The notes under the pieces are model-generated. The model did no database searches and was not told the origin of the DNA. It saw only the letters and a list, made by a program, of their open reading frames with translations. DNA of 64,000 nt from Monocercomonoides exilis PA203. Its lineage: Eukaryota > Protista > Preaxostyla. Of the stretch, positions 36,665 through 47,276 are shown in pieces. The stretch covers positions 744,001-808,000 of the forward strand of contig LSRY02000031.1 in the NCBI GenBank assembly GCA_001643675.2. Reading direction: 5' to 3'. A program made the translations under genes and the position numbers. Each line of letters begins with the position of its first letter. The first letter of the stretch is position 1.

Positions 36665-39600
36665 AAAAATAAACTGTTGAAAATTACAAATGTGAACGAA
36701 AAAAAGAACATCCCAATAATACTGAATTTGAAACAGAAATCACCAGGTGTGTGCCTATTGGGAAAACTCCAGTGGTCCAAAGGAAGAAAGTGAAAGCCTC
36801 ACCATGGCTCGGGACGAAGAATGCAGCGAATGACAATCCACTCCCGAAAGCATGAATGTGATATGGCAATGCACTTTTCTTCCCAACGAGACACAAACAA
36901 AGGAAGCAATTGCTTTCAAGCAAGCATTCAATTCTTCTCATCCAACATTCTCCCAGCTCCACTTTTCAATTCCCCAGGTTTCCCAAATGCATTTCTCAAA
37001 TGAAAAAAAAAATCATCGTTTCATTCCATCCGACTGAAGCTCCCATTTGTGTCTTCGCTGTCTGCCTCTTCACATCTCGATCCATCTCCAATATCCAACG
37101 CGTCTGATGCCGTCACAAACATCGACCCCATCGGCATCTTCATGAACAGCTCCCGCTTCACATCCCCTAATGTCACCCGCTCATCCCACCCCTGCACCAC
37201 ACACTTCTCCTCCAACTCCCGAAGACTGCTCCCTCCCATCTTCTCCACCTTCGGCCGCTCCCCATTCACTATCTTCTGCCCTGCCACCACACCCTCATAC
37301 TCCCCAAACGGGATCTCCAGCGTCACACACTCCCACACCATCATCCCAATCGAAAACACCACTGACTCCTTCGTCGCCCCCATCTTCTTGTTCATCTGCA
37401 GCTCTGGCGCCTTCCACCTCAGGCACTCCTTTCTGAAGGCATCCTCATCCTCTTCAAATGCTGATGAGGGAAGGGAGTCATCATCATCATCACCATCATC
37501 ACTGGCAGATGTCACAACTGTTGATGATGAGATGGATGATGAATCTGAATCATCATCTGACAATAAGTCAGAGTGCATCACGATGCAGATGACCATGTGC
37601 TCAGAGAACAAAACAATGTGGGGACTCAGATTGGCCAATGACTGAAGAGGGTTTTCCATCTCGTCAAATGAGTGGAGTGCTCCATTCGCCACCCAGAACA
37701 ACACCTGTGCAGTTGTTTGCTCCCTCTCCTTCAACGAGCCAATCGCCATCTCCTTCTTCTCGTTCCTTCCATGCAATAGCATGAACAGCGAATCCCTCAG
37801 ATCCACGATCAGCTTCTCATGAGGAGATGAGCATGCCATCGCATCCACCAGATTTGACATCGATGAAGTGGTTGGACACAAATCCTCCCCTCGGACAAAT
37901 GTTGAATCTGAATCAGTTGTATCCGTTGTTGAGGTGGATGAAATGGAAGGCGATGGTGTTCTCTTTCGAATCTCTTCTTCTTCAACCTTCTCTAGCATCC
38001 ATTCTGGAATCTTATCAGTGTCTCTCCCCAGAATGTATTCAGTTGAGCCACTCTCGCTCAAAAGATGTTCTGATGACTCTGAGTGCCCCAAGCTTTTCTC
38101 ATACACCCTCTTCTTTATCCTCTCTTCATTCTTCTTCTCAGCATCTTTCTCAGCTCTCCTCCACTGCTCCTCAGGTGACATCTCCATCGTCACCATCTCA
38201 ATCAGCTTCGGATCCTTTTTCACTGTGTCATTCACAATCTCTCTCAGATCGTTTGCTTCATTCTTTGCTTTTCTCCATCGAACAATGAATATCACTGCCA
38301 CAATCAGAACAATCAATAATATTACAACAAGCACAATGACAATCAACAACCAAAAAGATTTTCCTTCTTTTCCTCCTTCAGCAAGCTTTCCTTCTCCATT
38401 TGTTTTTGATTCGCTCTTGTTCTTCAGAATGAAAGAATCTGTTGATGATGGATTATTTCCATCTCCAAACAGAATGCACACACTCACTTCCACCCCTTCT
38501 CCTGCTTCCGTTATCATCTCTTTTGGCAGTCTCCCTTCAACTTCGATCTCTGACACATATCCACTTTCATCAAACTCATATTTTTCAATCTGCTTTTCTT
38601 CTCCCATCTGCTTCACAACCATGAATGACAAGTCGCATGGCAGCAGCTCCTTCCCTTTGAACACAATCTCCACTTCTTCTCCCACTTCCTTTGCTTCAAC
38701 ACACTCCAACACTGGAATGAAGAATGGGGATGCTCTTTCAGAAATAATTCCCTCAAAATTGCATCCTTCATTCAGAATCCAAAGTGATGAATTATCTTTC
38801 ACTCCATCGCCTCCTTTCAAACTGGAGATTGTCAGTGAGGCAGAATTTGAGCAAATAATGTTTCTTCTCAATGATGGGTAATTCTCAATCGAAGGATTGT
38901 TGTTCTCAAATCTTCCATCTTTGATAATTATTGTGCCTCCACTCACACTCATTCCTCCCTTCGATGAGTTGCAAATCGTGGTGTCTCTCACAACTGCTTC
39001 ACTCATCGACAAGTCAACAACTGACCCATTCCATTTGCACACTTCATCAGCAACTCCATTCACTTCTGTTCCTGTTTCCAGATTCCCCTCAAACACACAC
39101 AAATCGATTAACATTTTGTTTGCATTTGTTATCGCCACCTGGCTCCCCTTTGGCGATTCTGATGTGCACTCGTGAAAAGAGCAGTTGCACATCTCAAAAC
39201 CACTCATTGGCTGACTTGTGCAAACAATGCAAGACCCATCACTCGATCGGCTGATGTTTGTGAATGATGACACCATCAATGATAAAATGAGTGATGAATG
39301 GCTGTTTTCAAGTGATATAAGGCTTCTCTCTTCCAACCCAATATTTGTGGCTGCCAACTTCGAAATGCTCACTTTCTCACTTTTCCCACATTCAATCAAC
39401 GAGTTCTTGCACTGGACATCATCCACTCCCGCATCCTCAAATGTTGTTCCTTCAGAACGCAATATCTCGAATACAGCCTTTGAAAATTTCAAGTGGCCAA
39501 CACTGCACCGATCTGCCTCAAACAACCCTTCTTCAACAACAATCAGAGAAAAGTCAAAAATGTTCTGTGTATTTTCTGTTGTTCTGCTCTCTGACAAGAA

Positions 39601-42600
39601 TGAAACAGATTCCAGAATGAGAGATCCATTCAGCTGACGTATCAAGCACGAGCAGACAACATTCCCCATTCCACAAAAAACAAATGACACCTTCTCAAAT
39701 CGAACAGATTCCGAGGTTCTCACAACACCCTCATTCACAAGCTCAATCTCTCTCACTTTTATCTCTCCATTCCTGCTCGCCTCCATCGACTTGATCGTCA
39801 CCTTCTCAGCTGAACACGAACCAGTCAATTCTGTCTCATTCCAAACAAACAGCTGCGAATAATCCGATGGGATGATGTGGCTCACCCCAACATTCAGCGA
39901 TGAGCATGTGCTCTTCATCTCCCCACACTGCTTGCTGTCGCTGCTGTTCTCCACAATCGATGAAACAAATATGAATTCGCTCCTGAACACAAACACCCTC
40001 CTCAGCAGATCCTCTTCATCCCCATAATTGTCTGCTGTGCATCCCCATATCGCCAGCTCCCTCACAAATGGCTCCCCAAAATTTATCAGGAACTGTGACT
40101 CACTTATCTGCGAATCAAGGTCTGTGCACTTCACAAACACATCTCTCCCCTTCGATGCAACATTCCGAAGGAATGTGATGTTCGACAGCACAAATGGCAA
40201 AGTCTTCTGTGAGACACTTTGCGATTTCAAAAACATCCCTCCACCTCTCCCAATGTTCGAACAGAAACACTCTGTCACATTTGTGTGATTCACTTCCAAT
40301 CTCCCCCTCTCATTGAGAAGGAAAAACACTCCACCTCCTTCGTTCGAGCTTCCAGATCCACAATTGTTTATAGACGAATTCTCTATTTTCAATCTCACTT
40401 CATTTGAAATGTCACAACAAAGCAACGAAGGGTTGTTTGACACGCTGTGCTTCACATTCGCAAATGTGCATTGCTCAAATAGAATATTCCATATTTCTTC
40501 TGCATTATCATTCTTCCTCTCAGAAATCACACATTCACTCATCACAACTGCACTTTTCCCACTCAATGAAATATCTTCAAATGTCACATCGCTCATGGTT
40601 GTTACACAATCAGCTGATATGCTCATTATCTCATGCATCGTTGAGAATCCAGCTATTTCTGTCTTTTCGATCTCCACAATTCCTTTCGAAGCACTGATCA
40701 GAACAAATGACACCTCACTTTCAGCATTGCCAATTGTGCGAATCGAACAGCTGACAACACTCGTTTTGACTGCATCTGAACCTGTCTGGATAAGGATGCT
40801 TTCTCCGTTGTCAAAGGAACTGGGGATCAGAATCCCCAATTCACTGAATTGAACAACCCCTTTGCATTCAACAACAACATCTCCATCCCCTTCAAGTGTT
40901 TGAGCAAATCGGATTTTGTCTGATTCCATATTTGTTCCTTCCACCCTCATTCCACTCATCTCAATCACACTCCTCACATCACAAACCCCCTGAACTGCAA
41001 TTGATTCAATCCCCAAGTCACTCTCTCGCTTCACCCCATAATCAACAGATCGGCATGGATACTCCAACAACCCACACACAACCACATTGTTTCCTTCATC
41101 GGCAATATACACACTCGATTCAACAGATTTCCAGAAATAGATCAGCGGGATTGCACACTCTTTGTTTTCTCCATCATATCCCATCAGAGAGTCTTCGGTC
41201 AATTCCTCCAGTCTATCTTTCACAAATGGAAGTGTTTCGTTCTTGATGCTCTTGGCAAGCGATGCAGATGAAATGAACAGATCCTTCCCATATTTCGCAT
41301 TGTTCGGCTTCTCAGATGAAAAAACAGGTGAGGATATCACAAACCCTGCCTTTCCTTCTTCTTCCTCTTTCAGTATCTTCAGCATTATTCCTCCTCCATA
41401 TCCAACACTTCCCTCTTCATATGGTGCTCTGCAACAATAAAACGAACACATATTAATCAACAGATTCGTTTCTGAAGATGCCTCACAAAAGAGTGCACCT
41501 CCTCCAATCTCGGTTCCCTCCTCTCCAGTTACAGCACACTCTTCAAATGTGCAGTCATTTATTTCCACTTTGAAATCTCTTCCATCATTATCATCATCAT
41601 TGTTCACAATGCTGATGCATCCTCCACTTCCCTTCCAACGAGTGATCGATGAAAATGTGCATCCCGACATCTCTTCAATGATCCCCTCGTGGCACTCAAC
41701 AACACTCCCATCACCAAATGTGATTTCAGAAAAATCGCAATGAGTCATATTCATCGAAGGCACACTTTCTGCATTCCCTTCAACAACAAATATCGATGAA
41801 TCTCCAATTTTCATATTCTCTGATCCAAACTCACTCACCTCCACAACCCCTCCAACAGCCTTCACAAACACTGTCGAAACAGTCTCAGTGCCTCCTTCCA
41901 TCCCACATCCATTCAGTGCAAGCTTCCCTGAATGACACTCAAACACACTTTCATGAAATGTCAGTGATTTCTTCAAAGAAAATACAATGCCAGTCACACA
42001 CACAGAAACTGTGTTTTCAATCAATCCACTTTGAGCTCCCTCTTTCTGATCAGAAACATCACACTTCATCTCATTCTCTTTGGATGCAATGCTCCATTCA
42101 TTCGAAGTCAACCCCAATTCCTCCTCAAAGACAAATGGCTCAAGAAGAGCAACATCCTTTTTCTTCCCTTCAAAGTGGAGTGAAACTGCCTTCCAAATGG
42201 ATGAACACGGAAACTCTTCAAATCCACACTTCGAGAAATCATGGCTCAGTGATCCTCCTCCCACAAACGCTGGTGAAGAAAAGTTGTTCCACAAATGGAC
42301 ACACAGCGGAATTGGAAACGATTCATCCCCATTTTCATATCCTTGCATCTTGCTCTTTGTTTCCAATGAAGCAGTCAATGAAGTGATCTTCCCACTTGTT
42401 GCTGTTGATTCCAGATCGATCGAGTCAACAAAAATGTCACTTCCCCATCTGGCCCTGTTTCCTTCAAATGTTGATGAAATCAGAAACTCTGTATTTGTGT
42501 CTTTCACTTTCAGCCCAATTCCTCCTCCTCTCCCTTGAGTGGCTGAGGCATAACAGTTCTTCACAATGCCTCCTTTCACATTCAATGAACTCCCACTTCC

Positions 42601-45600
42601 CACTTCAACCATCATTTCCCCTCCAAACTCACAGTCTTCATTCCCACAGCCATCAATCGCGCATCCCTCAAGAGTTATCGAATGTGACCCTTCACCCACA
42701 CTTATCAGAGATGATCCCGCTGTTGTTCTCACAATGTTGCTGAACACACATTTATCCAGAGACAATGTCACAGATGATTCTTGAGAAAGTGATATCACAC
42801 TCGTGGTGCTGAATGTTTGTCCCCATTTCACATCTTGCATCTTCAACTCTCCCCCTTCCACATTCACAAGTGAGTTCTGAATGCTCCTCTCCTCTAAATG
42901 AGTTGTGCCCATCGAAATATTCATTCGCTTCACATCCATCAACCCACTTCCCTCAACCTCAAACAGTCTGCATTGCCTGTTGTTTTCAAACGATGTGTTG
43001 TGGATCACAGATAGATCGCTCACAGCCAATTCCCCTGTTCCAACACAAAACAGACTCAGTCCATTTCCCTCAAATTTTGTTTCAATGGATGAACCAGCTG
43101 AAGAAACCCCATTCACAGAGATTGTTATCTCTCCAACATCAATTCCTTTGCCTTCCACAACTGTTCCACTCAACACCTTTATTTCCTCCACAAAACCCTC
43201 AATCATTTGAGACAGGCAATGGCTGATTGTGAGACATGCACAACTTTCATCCAATCCACAGCTGAATGTGTCTTTTGCATTTGTCTGATTCTCTCTTGAA
43301 GCAACAAATCTGCTTCTTCCTCCTTTATTGGGAAGCCAATCGCTTTTATCTCCACCTGCGTAATACCTAACCCCTTCAGTTCTTGAAGAATAACAGAAAA
43401 CCGCTTGAGATTCCGCGTTGTTGTCGTGAACATAAATGTCATTTCCTCGCGAAGCACTGTTATTGTGGAAAAAGCAAAACCACAAAAGATTTCCATTAAA
43501 ACCATTTGTCAGAATACTGACTGCTCCTCCACGTAAATCTGAATGACATCCTTGAAAAAGGCAATTATGAGCAACAATTTTATCTGTTGCAGTCCAACTG
43601 ATATAACCTCCTCCATCGCCGTTTCCTGAATTATGTCCGCTGCAATTTTTGAAAAAACAATTCAACACGCAATCTTTTGTTTTGTTTGTTTTTGAACTCC
43701 AAATTCCAAGTCCTCCAGCATCATTTCCAGACCATCCATCTTTGAACAAACAGTTTTCAACAAATACCTGGATTATCATTCCTTCTATTTCTGCCCCAGC
43801 TCCTCCATTATCAGTTGAAGAGACACAATAGCACTCAACAAATGTGGAATGTTTCACTGTGCATTCTGCAATGTTCAATGCAAATATTCCCCCTCCTCTT
43901 GTGGATGTCGCATTGCATTTCACAAACGACGAATTCTCAACAGTCAGTGTTGCACTCGAATTGTCATGCACATACAGCGCTCCTCCGCATGAAGCATTAC
44001 ACCCAATCCATCCAGCATTCTTATATGTCTGTGTCACAGTGGCTTCAACCCTATTTGCATTCCTCACTCTCCGATCCACTCTTTCATTCTGAACAAATGT
44101 GCAATTGTTGCAGGTGAATGAACCAGATCCTTCTGTTCCACCCACGATTCCTCTCTCAAGCACATTCATCGATCTTTCAACCTCACAATCCTCCATAAAG
44201 CTCATCCTCATCATCCTCTCTTTCACAGATTGTATTTCCTCCGTTTCACCATATTTCTTTGTGATATTCGCAAATCCACAGTTTTGAATGCATTCACTCA
44301 ACCCAAAGCCGTCTCTCAGAAAACTGCCTCCACTCCCACAAAACACAACATCCTCATACTCACTGTTTCTCACAAACAACGAAGACAAATCACCCCCTTC
44401 CATCTCCACCACACTCCCCATCATTCCACATTCCTGACCATTCCCAACACCCAAAGTCGTGTTTATCAGCCAGCATGCCCCTCCATTCTTCACATAATTC
44501 CCATTCCACTCATTATTTCTCACAAACACACTCCCCTCAACCTGCAGCAATGATCCTGCTCTTATTTCGAATATCACACGATCATCTGGCTTTTCAAGCA
44601 ACATCCCCTTCAATTCAACTGACGAGTTGTGTATTTCGCAGAACATCCGAACAACACTTCCTCTCTCCAAAACACCACTCTTCTCCATTCCACGAACATG
44701 GAAAGCATCATATTCATTTCTCACCTTGTCGTTTCTTTCTTTGCCACAAATGGCTGGCAACAAACACACAAGATAAACGAAGAGAATCATTGCTTAAATG
44801 CAAATAATGGGTTCATGATCCCATATTTCTGATTATATCCCATTATCTTGTGGAGAATCAAAAAACATTATTTCCTGCGCAAATTCCATTTTCTAAATCC
44901 AATTCTCTGAATTTATTTCCATTTTTCATATTCATTTTATTGTAAATATTAATTCACAGAAACTGCCTTCTTCAATTGATTTCCACTTTTTTTCTTCAAT
45001 TTTTTGAATCTCATCTTTCTTGTATATTCCGTTTGAATGAAATGTTTCTAATTCTTATCTCCTTTTCGTAATCTCCTTTCTCGTTAAATTATTTTCATTC
45101 GTTTGATATCGCCGTATTTTCTACACCTTATTTCAAATTTTCCTGAAAATACAAAAAGAGAAAAAAAAAATCAAAAAATGATGAAAATATAAATACCGAG
45201 AAAGTTATTCTGAATGTTTCAAAATGGCATTTAATTGTTTTTGCTTCATTCAGTAAAAAAATTGCTTCAACTCTTCATCGTGCCCCCAAACTCTCCTTTT
45301 CTAGCACGTCTTTCCATGGAATTCCTTTTTTCCTTTTTGCAGAAAGAGTAATTGACTTTTGATTCAATATCCTCTGTTCTTTCTCTTTTCTGATTTTTCT
45401 TCATTTTCTACATCTTTTGATCCTCATTTTGCTCTCTTCTATTGCATATCTTCCATTTTTCAAGTCTTCTTCTTCTTTTAGATATTCAATGTTTTCCACC
45501 AGAATTTGCATTCACCTTTGTTTTTCCTCTTTTCAATTAATTCTTGAATCAATCTCACTTCAGAGCATTTTCAGTCAGTAATCCAATGAAGTTCTGTCTT

Positions 45601-46500
45601 TTTCAGATATTTTTCTATTCCTTCAATAATACCTCAATTCAGCCTTTTCTTGCTTTCATTGAGCATTGAAAATTGCTTTTTTGTTTTATCAGTTGAGATT
45701 TGGCAATTGTCAATCGTGATTACTGCTCTTTTCCAAAAATAAGTTTTCTATATTCACATTTCCGCTATAGAACTGTTATGTTATTTACATCTTTATGCAA
45801 TCGGAGAAGGATTTGAATATCTCTGTGATTAATGATCAAAATAATCCATTTTTCTGATGATTGAATAAAACGTTCCTAAAACGCACATATGAAAAATAAT
45901 TTTCAAAAAAGAAAACCTCAAGCCTTCAATTCCTTTGATGTTTCCGTTGTTTGAGTTTTGGATCTGTTTTCTCTTCAGATTCGAGTCTGGTATTTCAATC
46001 ATTTCTTTTGCATTTTCGAACCAAATGCAGCCTTTCTGAGGCAAATAAAATTGATCAAAAAGAAACGAAAATAAAAACAAACAGTTATTCTAAATATGAT
46101 TATTTTGCTCAGGAATCACTTGGAATGGCCTTGAATGAATCATTTTTTGAAAAGCATTCCATTCAATCATTGATATCATAAGGTTTTGGAATAGAATTGG
46201 AGTTTCTGCAATAATACAAATAATTAAGCAGGAAGGAAAGTGAATAAAAATATTTGTGCTTCATCTGCCTTCAAAATGAGTAATTTTCTTCTGGCAAAAA
46301 TAACTGAAACAAACTGAAAATTCCCTCTTCATCCTTGTGAAAATGAAAAATAAATAAATGTTTGTGCAAGATTCATCGTGAAACAATCCTCAATATGTTC
46401 ACTGAACTCCAGAAAACGGAATAGAAAAAGTGCAGGAATTTTTATGTTATTATGGGCATGACATTTTTTTAAAACTTGTTTTTGTTCATTTCCAACTTTA
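36665..46500. repeat. Left arm of ~10-kb inverted segmental duplication (partner ~54215-64000 and beyond)
   Basis: Downstream DNA (36665-37020 versus 63646-64000), the CDS and ~1.7 kb of upstream non-coding DNA (e.g. CCATAATAACAT..ATTCCTGCACTTTT) are all reverse-complement homologues. The right arm runs off the window. Confidence 0.95.
37021..44790 (-). CDS. Type I membrane receptor (2589 aa): signal peptide, tandem Pmp-like beta-helix ectodomain, transmembrane helix, TKL/TK-like pseudokinase
   Basis: Intronless ORF with hydrophobic N-terminus, GGA(L/V)/GGGI and FxxN/FxxC repeats, and four CG..(P)C cap motifs. TM is WLLIVIVLVVILLIVLIVAVIFIV followed by RWRK. C-lobe motifs RWKAPE, VFSIGMMVWE, IPF and GERP. 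Confidence 0.9.
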   Translation of the reverse strand: MILFVYLVCLLPAICGKERNDKVRNEYDAFHVRGMEKSGVLERGSVVRMFCEIHNSSVELKGMLLEKPDDRVIFEIRAGSLLQVEGSVFVRNNEWNGNYVKNGGACWLINTTLGVGNGQECGMMGSVVEMEGGDLSSLFVRNSEYEDVVFCGSGGSFLRDGFGLSECIQNCGFANITKKYGETEEIQSVKERMMRMSFMEDCEVERSMNVLERGIVGGTEGSGSFTCNNCTFVQNERVDRRVRNANRVEATVTQTYKNAGWIGCNASCGGALYVHDNSSATLTVENSSFVKCNATSTRGGGIFALNIAECTVKHSTFVECYCVSSTDNGGAGAEIEGMIIQVFVENCLFKDGWSGNDAGGLGIWSSKTNKTKDCVLNCFFKNCSGHNSGNGDGGGYISWTATDKIVAHNCLFQGCHSDLRGGAVSILTNGFNGNLLWFCFFHNNSASRGNDIYVHDNNAESQAVFCYSSRTEGVRYYAGGDKSDWLPNKGGRSRFVASRENQTNAKDTFSCGLDESCACLTISHCLSQMIEGFVEEIKVLSGTVVEGKGIDVGEITISVNGVSSAGSSIETKFEGNGLSLFCVGTGELAVSDLSVIHNTSFENNRQCRLFEVEGSGLMDVKRMNISMGTTHLEERSIQNSLVNVEGGELKMQDVKWGQTFSTTSVISLSQESSVTLSLDKCVFSNIVRTTAGSSLISVGEGSHSITLEGCAIDGCGNEDCEFGGEMMVEVGSGSSLNVKGGIVKNCYASATQGRGGGIGLKVKDTNTEFLISSTFEGNRARWGSDIFVDSIDLESTATSGKITSLTASLETKSKMQGYENGDESFPIPLCVHLWNNFSSPAFVGGGSLSHDFSKCGFEEFPCSSIWKAVSLHFEGKKKDVALLEPFVFEEELGLTSNEWSIASKENEMKCDVSDQKEGAQSGLIENTVSVCVTGIVFSLKKSLTFHESVFECHSGKLALNGCGMEGGTETVSTVFVKAVGGVVEVSEFGSENMKIGDSSIFVVEGNAESVPSMNMTHCDFSEITFGDGSVVECHEGIIEEMSGCTFSSITRWKGSGGCISIVNNDDDNDGRDFKVEINDCTFEECAVTGEEGTEIGGGALFCEASSETNLLINMCSFYCCRAPYEEGSVGYGGGIMLKILKEEEEGKAGFVISSPVFSSEKPNNAKYGKDLFISSASLAKSIKNETLPFVKDRLEELTEDSLMGYDGENKECAIPLIYFWKSVESSVYIADEGNNVVVCGLLEYPCRSVDYGVKRESDLGIESIAVQGVCDVRSVIEMSGMRVEGTNMESDKIRFAQTLEGDGDVVVECKGVVQFSELGILIPSSFDNGESILIQTGSDAVKTSVVSCSIRTIGNAESEVSFVLISASKGIVEIEKTEIAGFSTMHEIMSISADCVTTMSDVTFEDISLSGKSAVVMSECVISERKNDNAEEIWNILFEQCTFANVKHSVSNNPSLLCCDISNEVRLKIENSSINNCGSGSSNEGGGVFFLLNERGRLEVNHTNVTECFCSNIGRGGGMFLKSQSVSQKTLPFVLSNITFLRNVASKGRDVFVKCTDLDSQISESQFLINFGEPFVRELAIWGCTADNYGDEEDLLRRVFVFRSEFIFVSSIVENSSDSKQCGEMKSTCSSLNVGVSHIIPSDYSQLFVWNETELTGSCSAEKVTIKSMEASRNGEIKVREIELVNEGVVRTSESVRFEKVSFVFCGMGNVVCSCLIRQLNGSLILESVSFLSESRTTENTQNIFDFSLIVVEEGLFEADRCSVGHLKFSKAVFEILRSEGTTFEDAGVDDVQCKNSLIECGKSEKVSISKLAATNIGLEERSLISLENSHSSLILSLMVSSFTNISRSSDGSCIVCTSQPMSGFEMCNCSFHECTSESPKGSQVAITNANKMLIDLCVFEGNLETGTEVNGVADEVCKWNGSVVDLSMSEAVVRDTTICNSSKGGMSVSGGTIIIKDGRFENNNPSIENYPSLRRNIICSNSASLTISSLKGGDGVKDNSSLWILNEGCNFEGIISERASPFFIPVLECVEAKEVGEEVEIVFKGKELLPCDLSFMVVKQMGEEKQIEKYEFDESGYVSEIEVEGRLPKEMITEAGEGVEVSVCILFGDGNNPSSTDSFILKNKSESKTNGEGKLAEGGKEGKSFWLLIVIVLVVILLIVLIVAVIFIVRWRKAKNEANDLREIVNDTVKKDPKLIEMVTMEMSPEEQWRRAEKDAEKKNEERIKKRVYEKSLGHSESSEHLLSESGSTEYILGRDTDKIPEWMLEKVEEEEIRKRTPSPSISSTSTTDTTDSDSTFVRGEDLCPTTSSMSNLVDAMACSSPHEKLIVDLRDSLFMLLHGRNEKKEMAIGSLKEREQTTAQVLFWVANGALHSFDEMENPLQSLANLSPHIVLFSEHMVICIVMHSDLLSDDDSDSSSISSSTVVTSASDDGDDDDDSLPSSAFEEDEDAFRKECLRWKAPELQMNKKMGATKESVVFSIGMMVWECVTLEIPFGEYEGVVAGQKIVNGERPKVEKMGGSSLRELEEKCVVQGWDERVTLGDVKRELFMKMPMGSMFVTASDALDIGDGSRCEEADSEDTNGSFSRME

Positions 46501-47009
46501 AATAAATACAACTTTTTTTTTAAGAATTAATGATATCAGTATTTGCAATCATTTGTGAGATGAAAAATTTTGTGTCCCTCTTTTAACAGTGAAATTGCTT
46601 GAATATTTCTCAAAAATTTAAACACTTGAATGAAAACTATTTTTCAATGATTTATTATAATATAATTTGAAAAATTTTGATTCTTATTAAAAAATTCTTC
46701 TGGAATAGTATTAAAAATTCATTTTCACTTTACAAGTTGGACAGATTTATTCAATATTATTTGTGAATAATGAAAAGAAAACAATAAAGATAAAAAATAA
46801 ATCTTCAAACTCTAAAAACAACACATATTGGTTTATGCACAATATACGACCGTGAATGAAATCAACATATGCTGAAGCCATGATAACAATATGAAGAACA
46901 CATGTATTTTTCTCTTTCAACTATTTGCAGAAACACAGAAAAAAATTTCGAAATTTTATTATTATTATTTTTTTTGATCAAATTTTTCAGATTTTTCTTT
47001 CAAACATAT

Positions 47010-47276
47010 GGGACAAAATATTTGACTTCGAGCATTTTCATTGAAAAATTATGCACCTTTGATAAACTTTTTGTGTTAAAAAAATTCGAAATAAATGTGT
47101 TCATTTTTTGACATTCATGGAATTTCACAAAACTTTTTGCAATAACATCGTGATGTTTGTTTTCAGATATGAAAATCCAATTTATATTGAAATCTGGTAA
47201 AGTTTTAAAATGTTATAAGTGAAACAATTTTTTAATGCTTTGTGCATAAAAAGCTTGAAAGTCAGTATTTTCCCCC
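47010..47276 (+). mobile_element. 267-bp MITE, copy 3 (TSD ATAT)
   Basis: Same sequence as 34113-34379 with unrelated flanks. TIRs GGGACAAAATATTTGACTT and GGGGGAAAATACTGACTT, with ATAT on both sides. Confidence 0.9.

Noticed and set aside
36684-36962. 92-aa ORF conserved in both arms (also 63703-63981)
   Set aside because: Non-ATG start and no motif. Conservation follows from near-identity of the duplicated downstream DNA.
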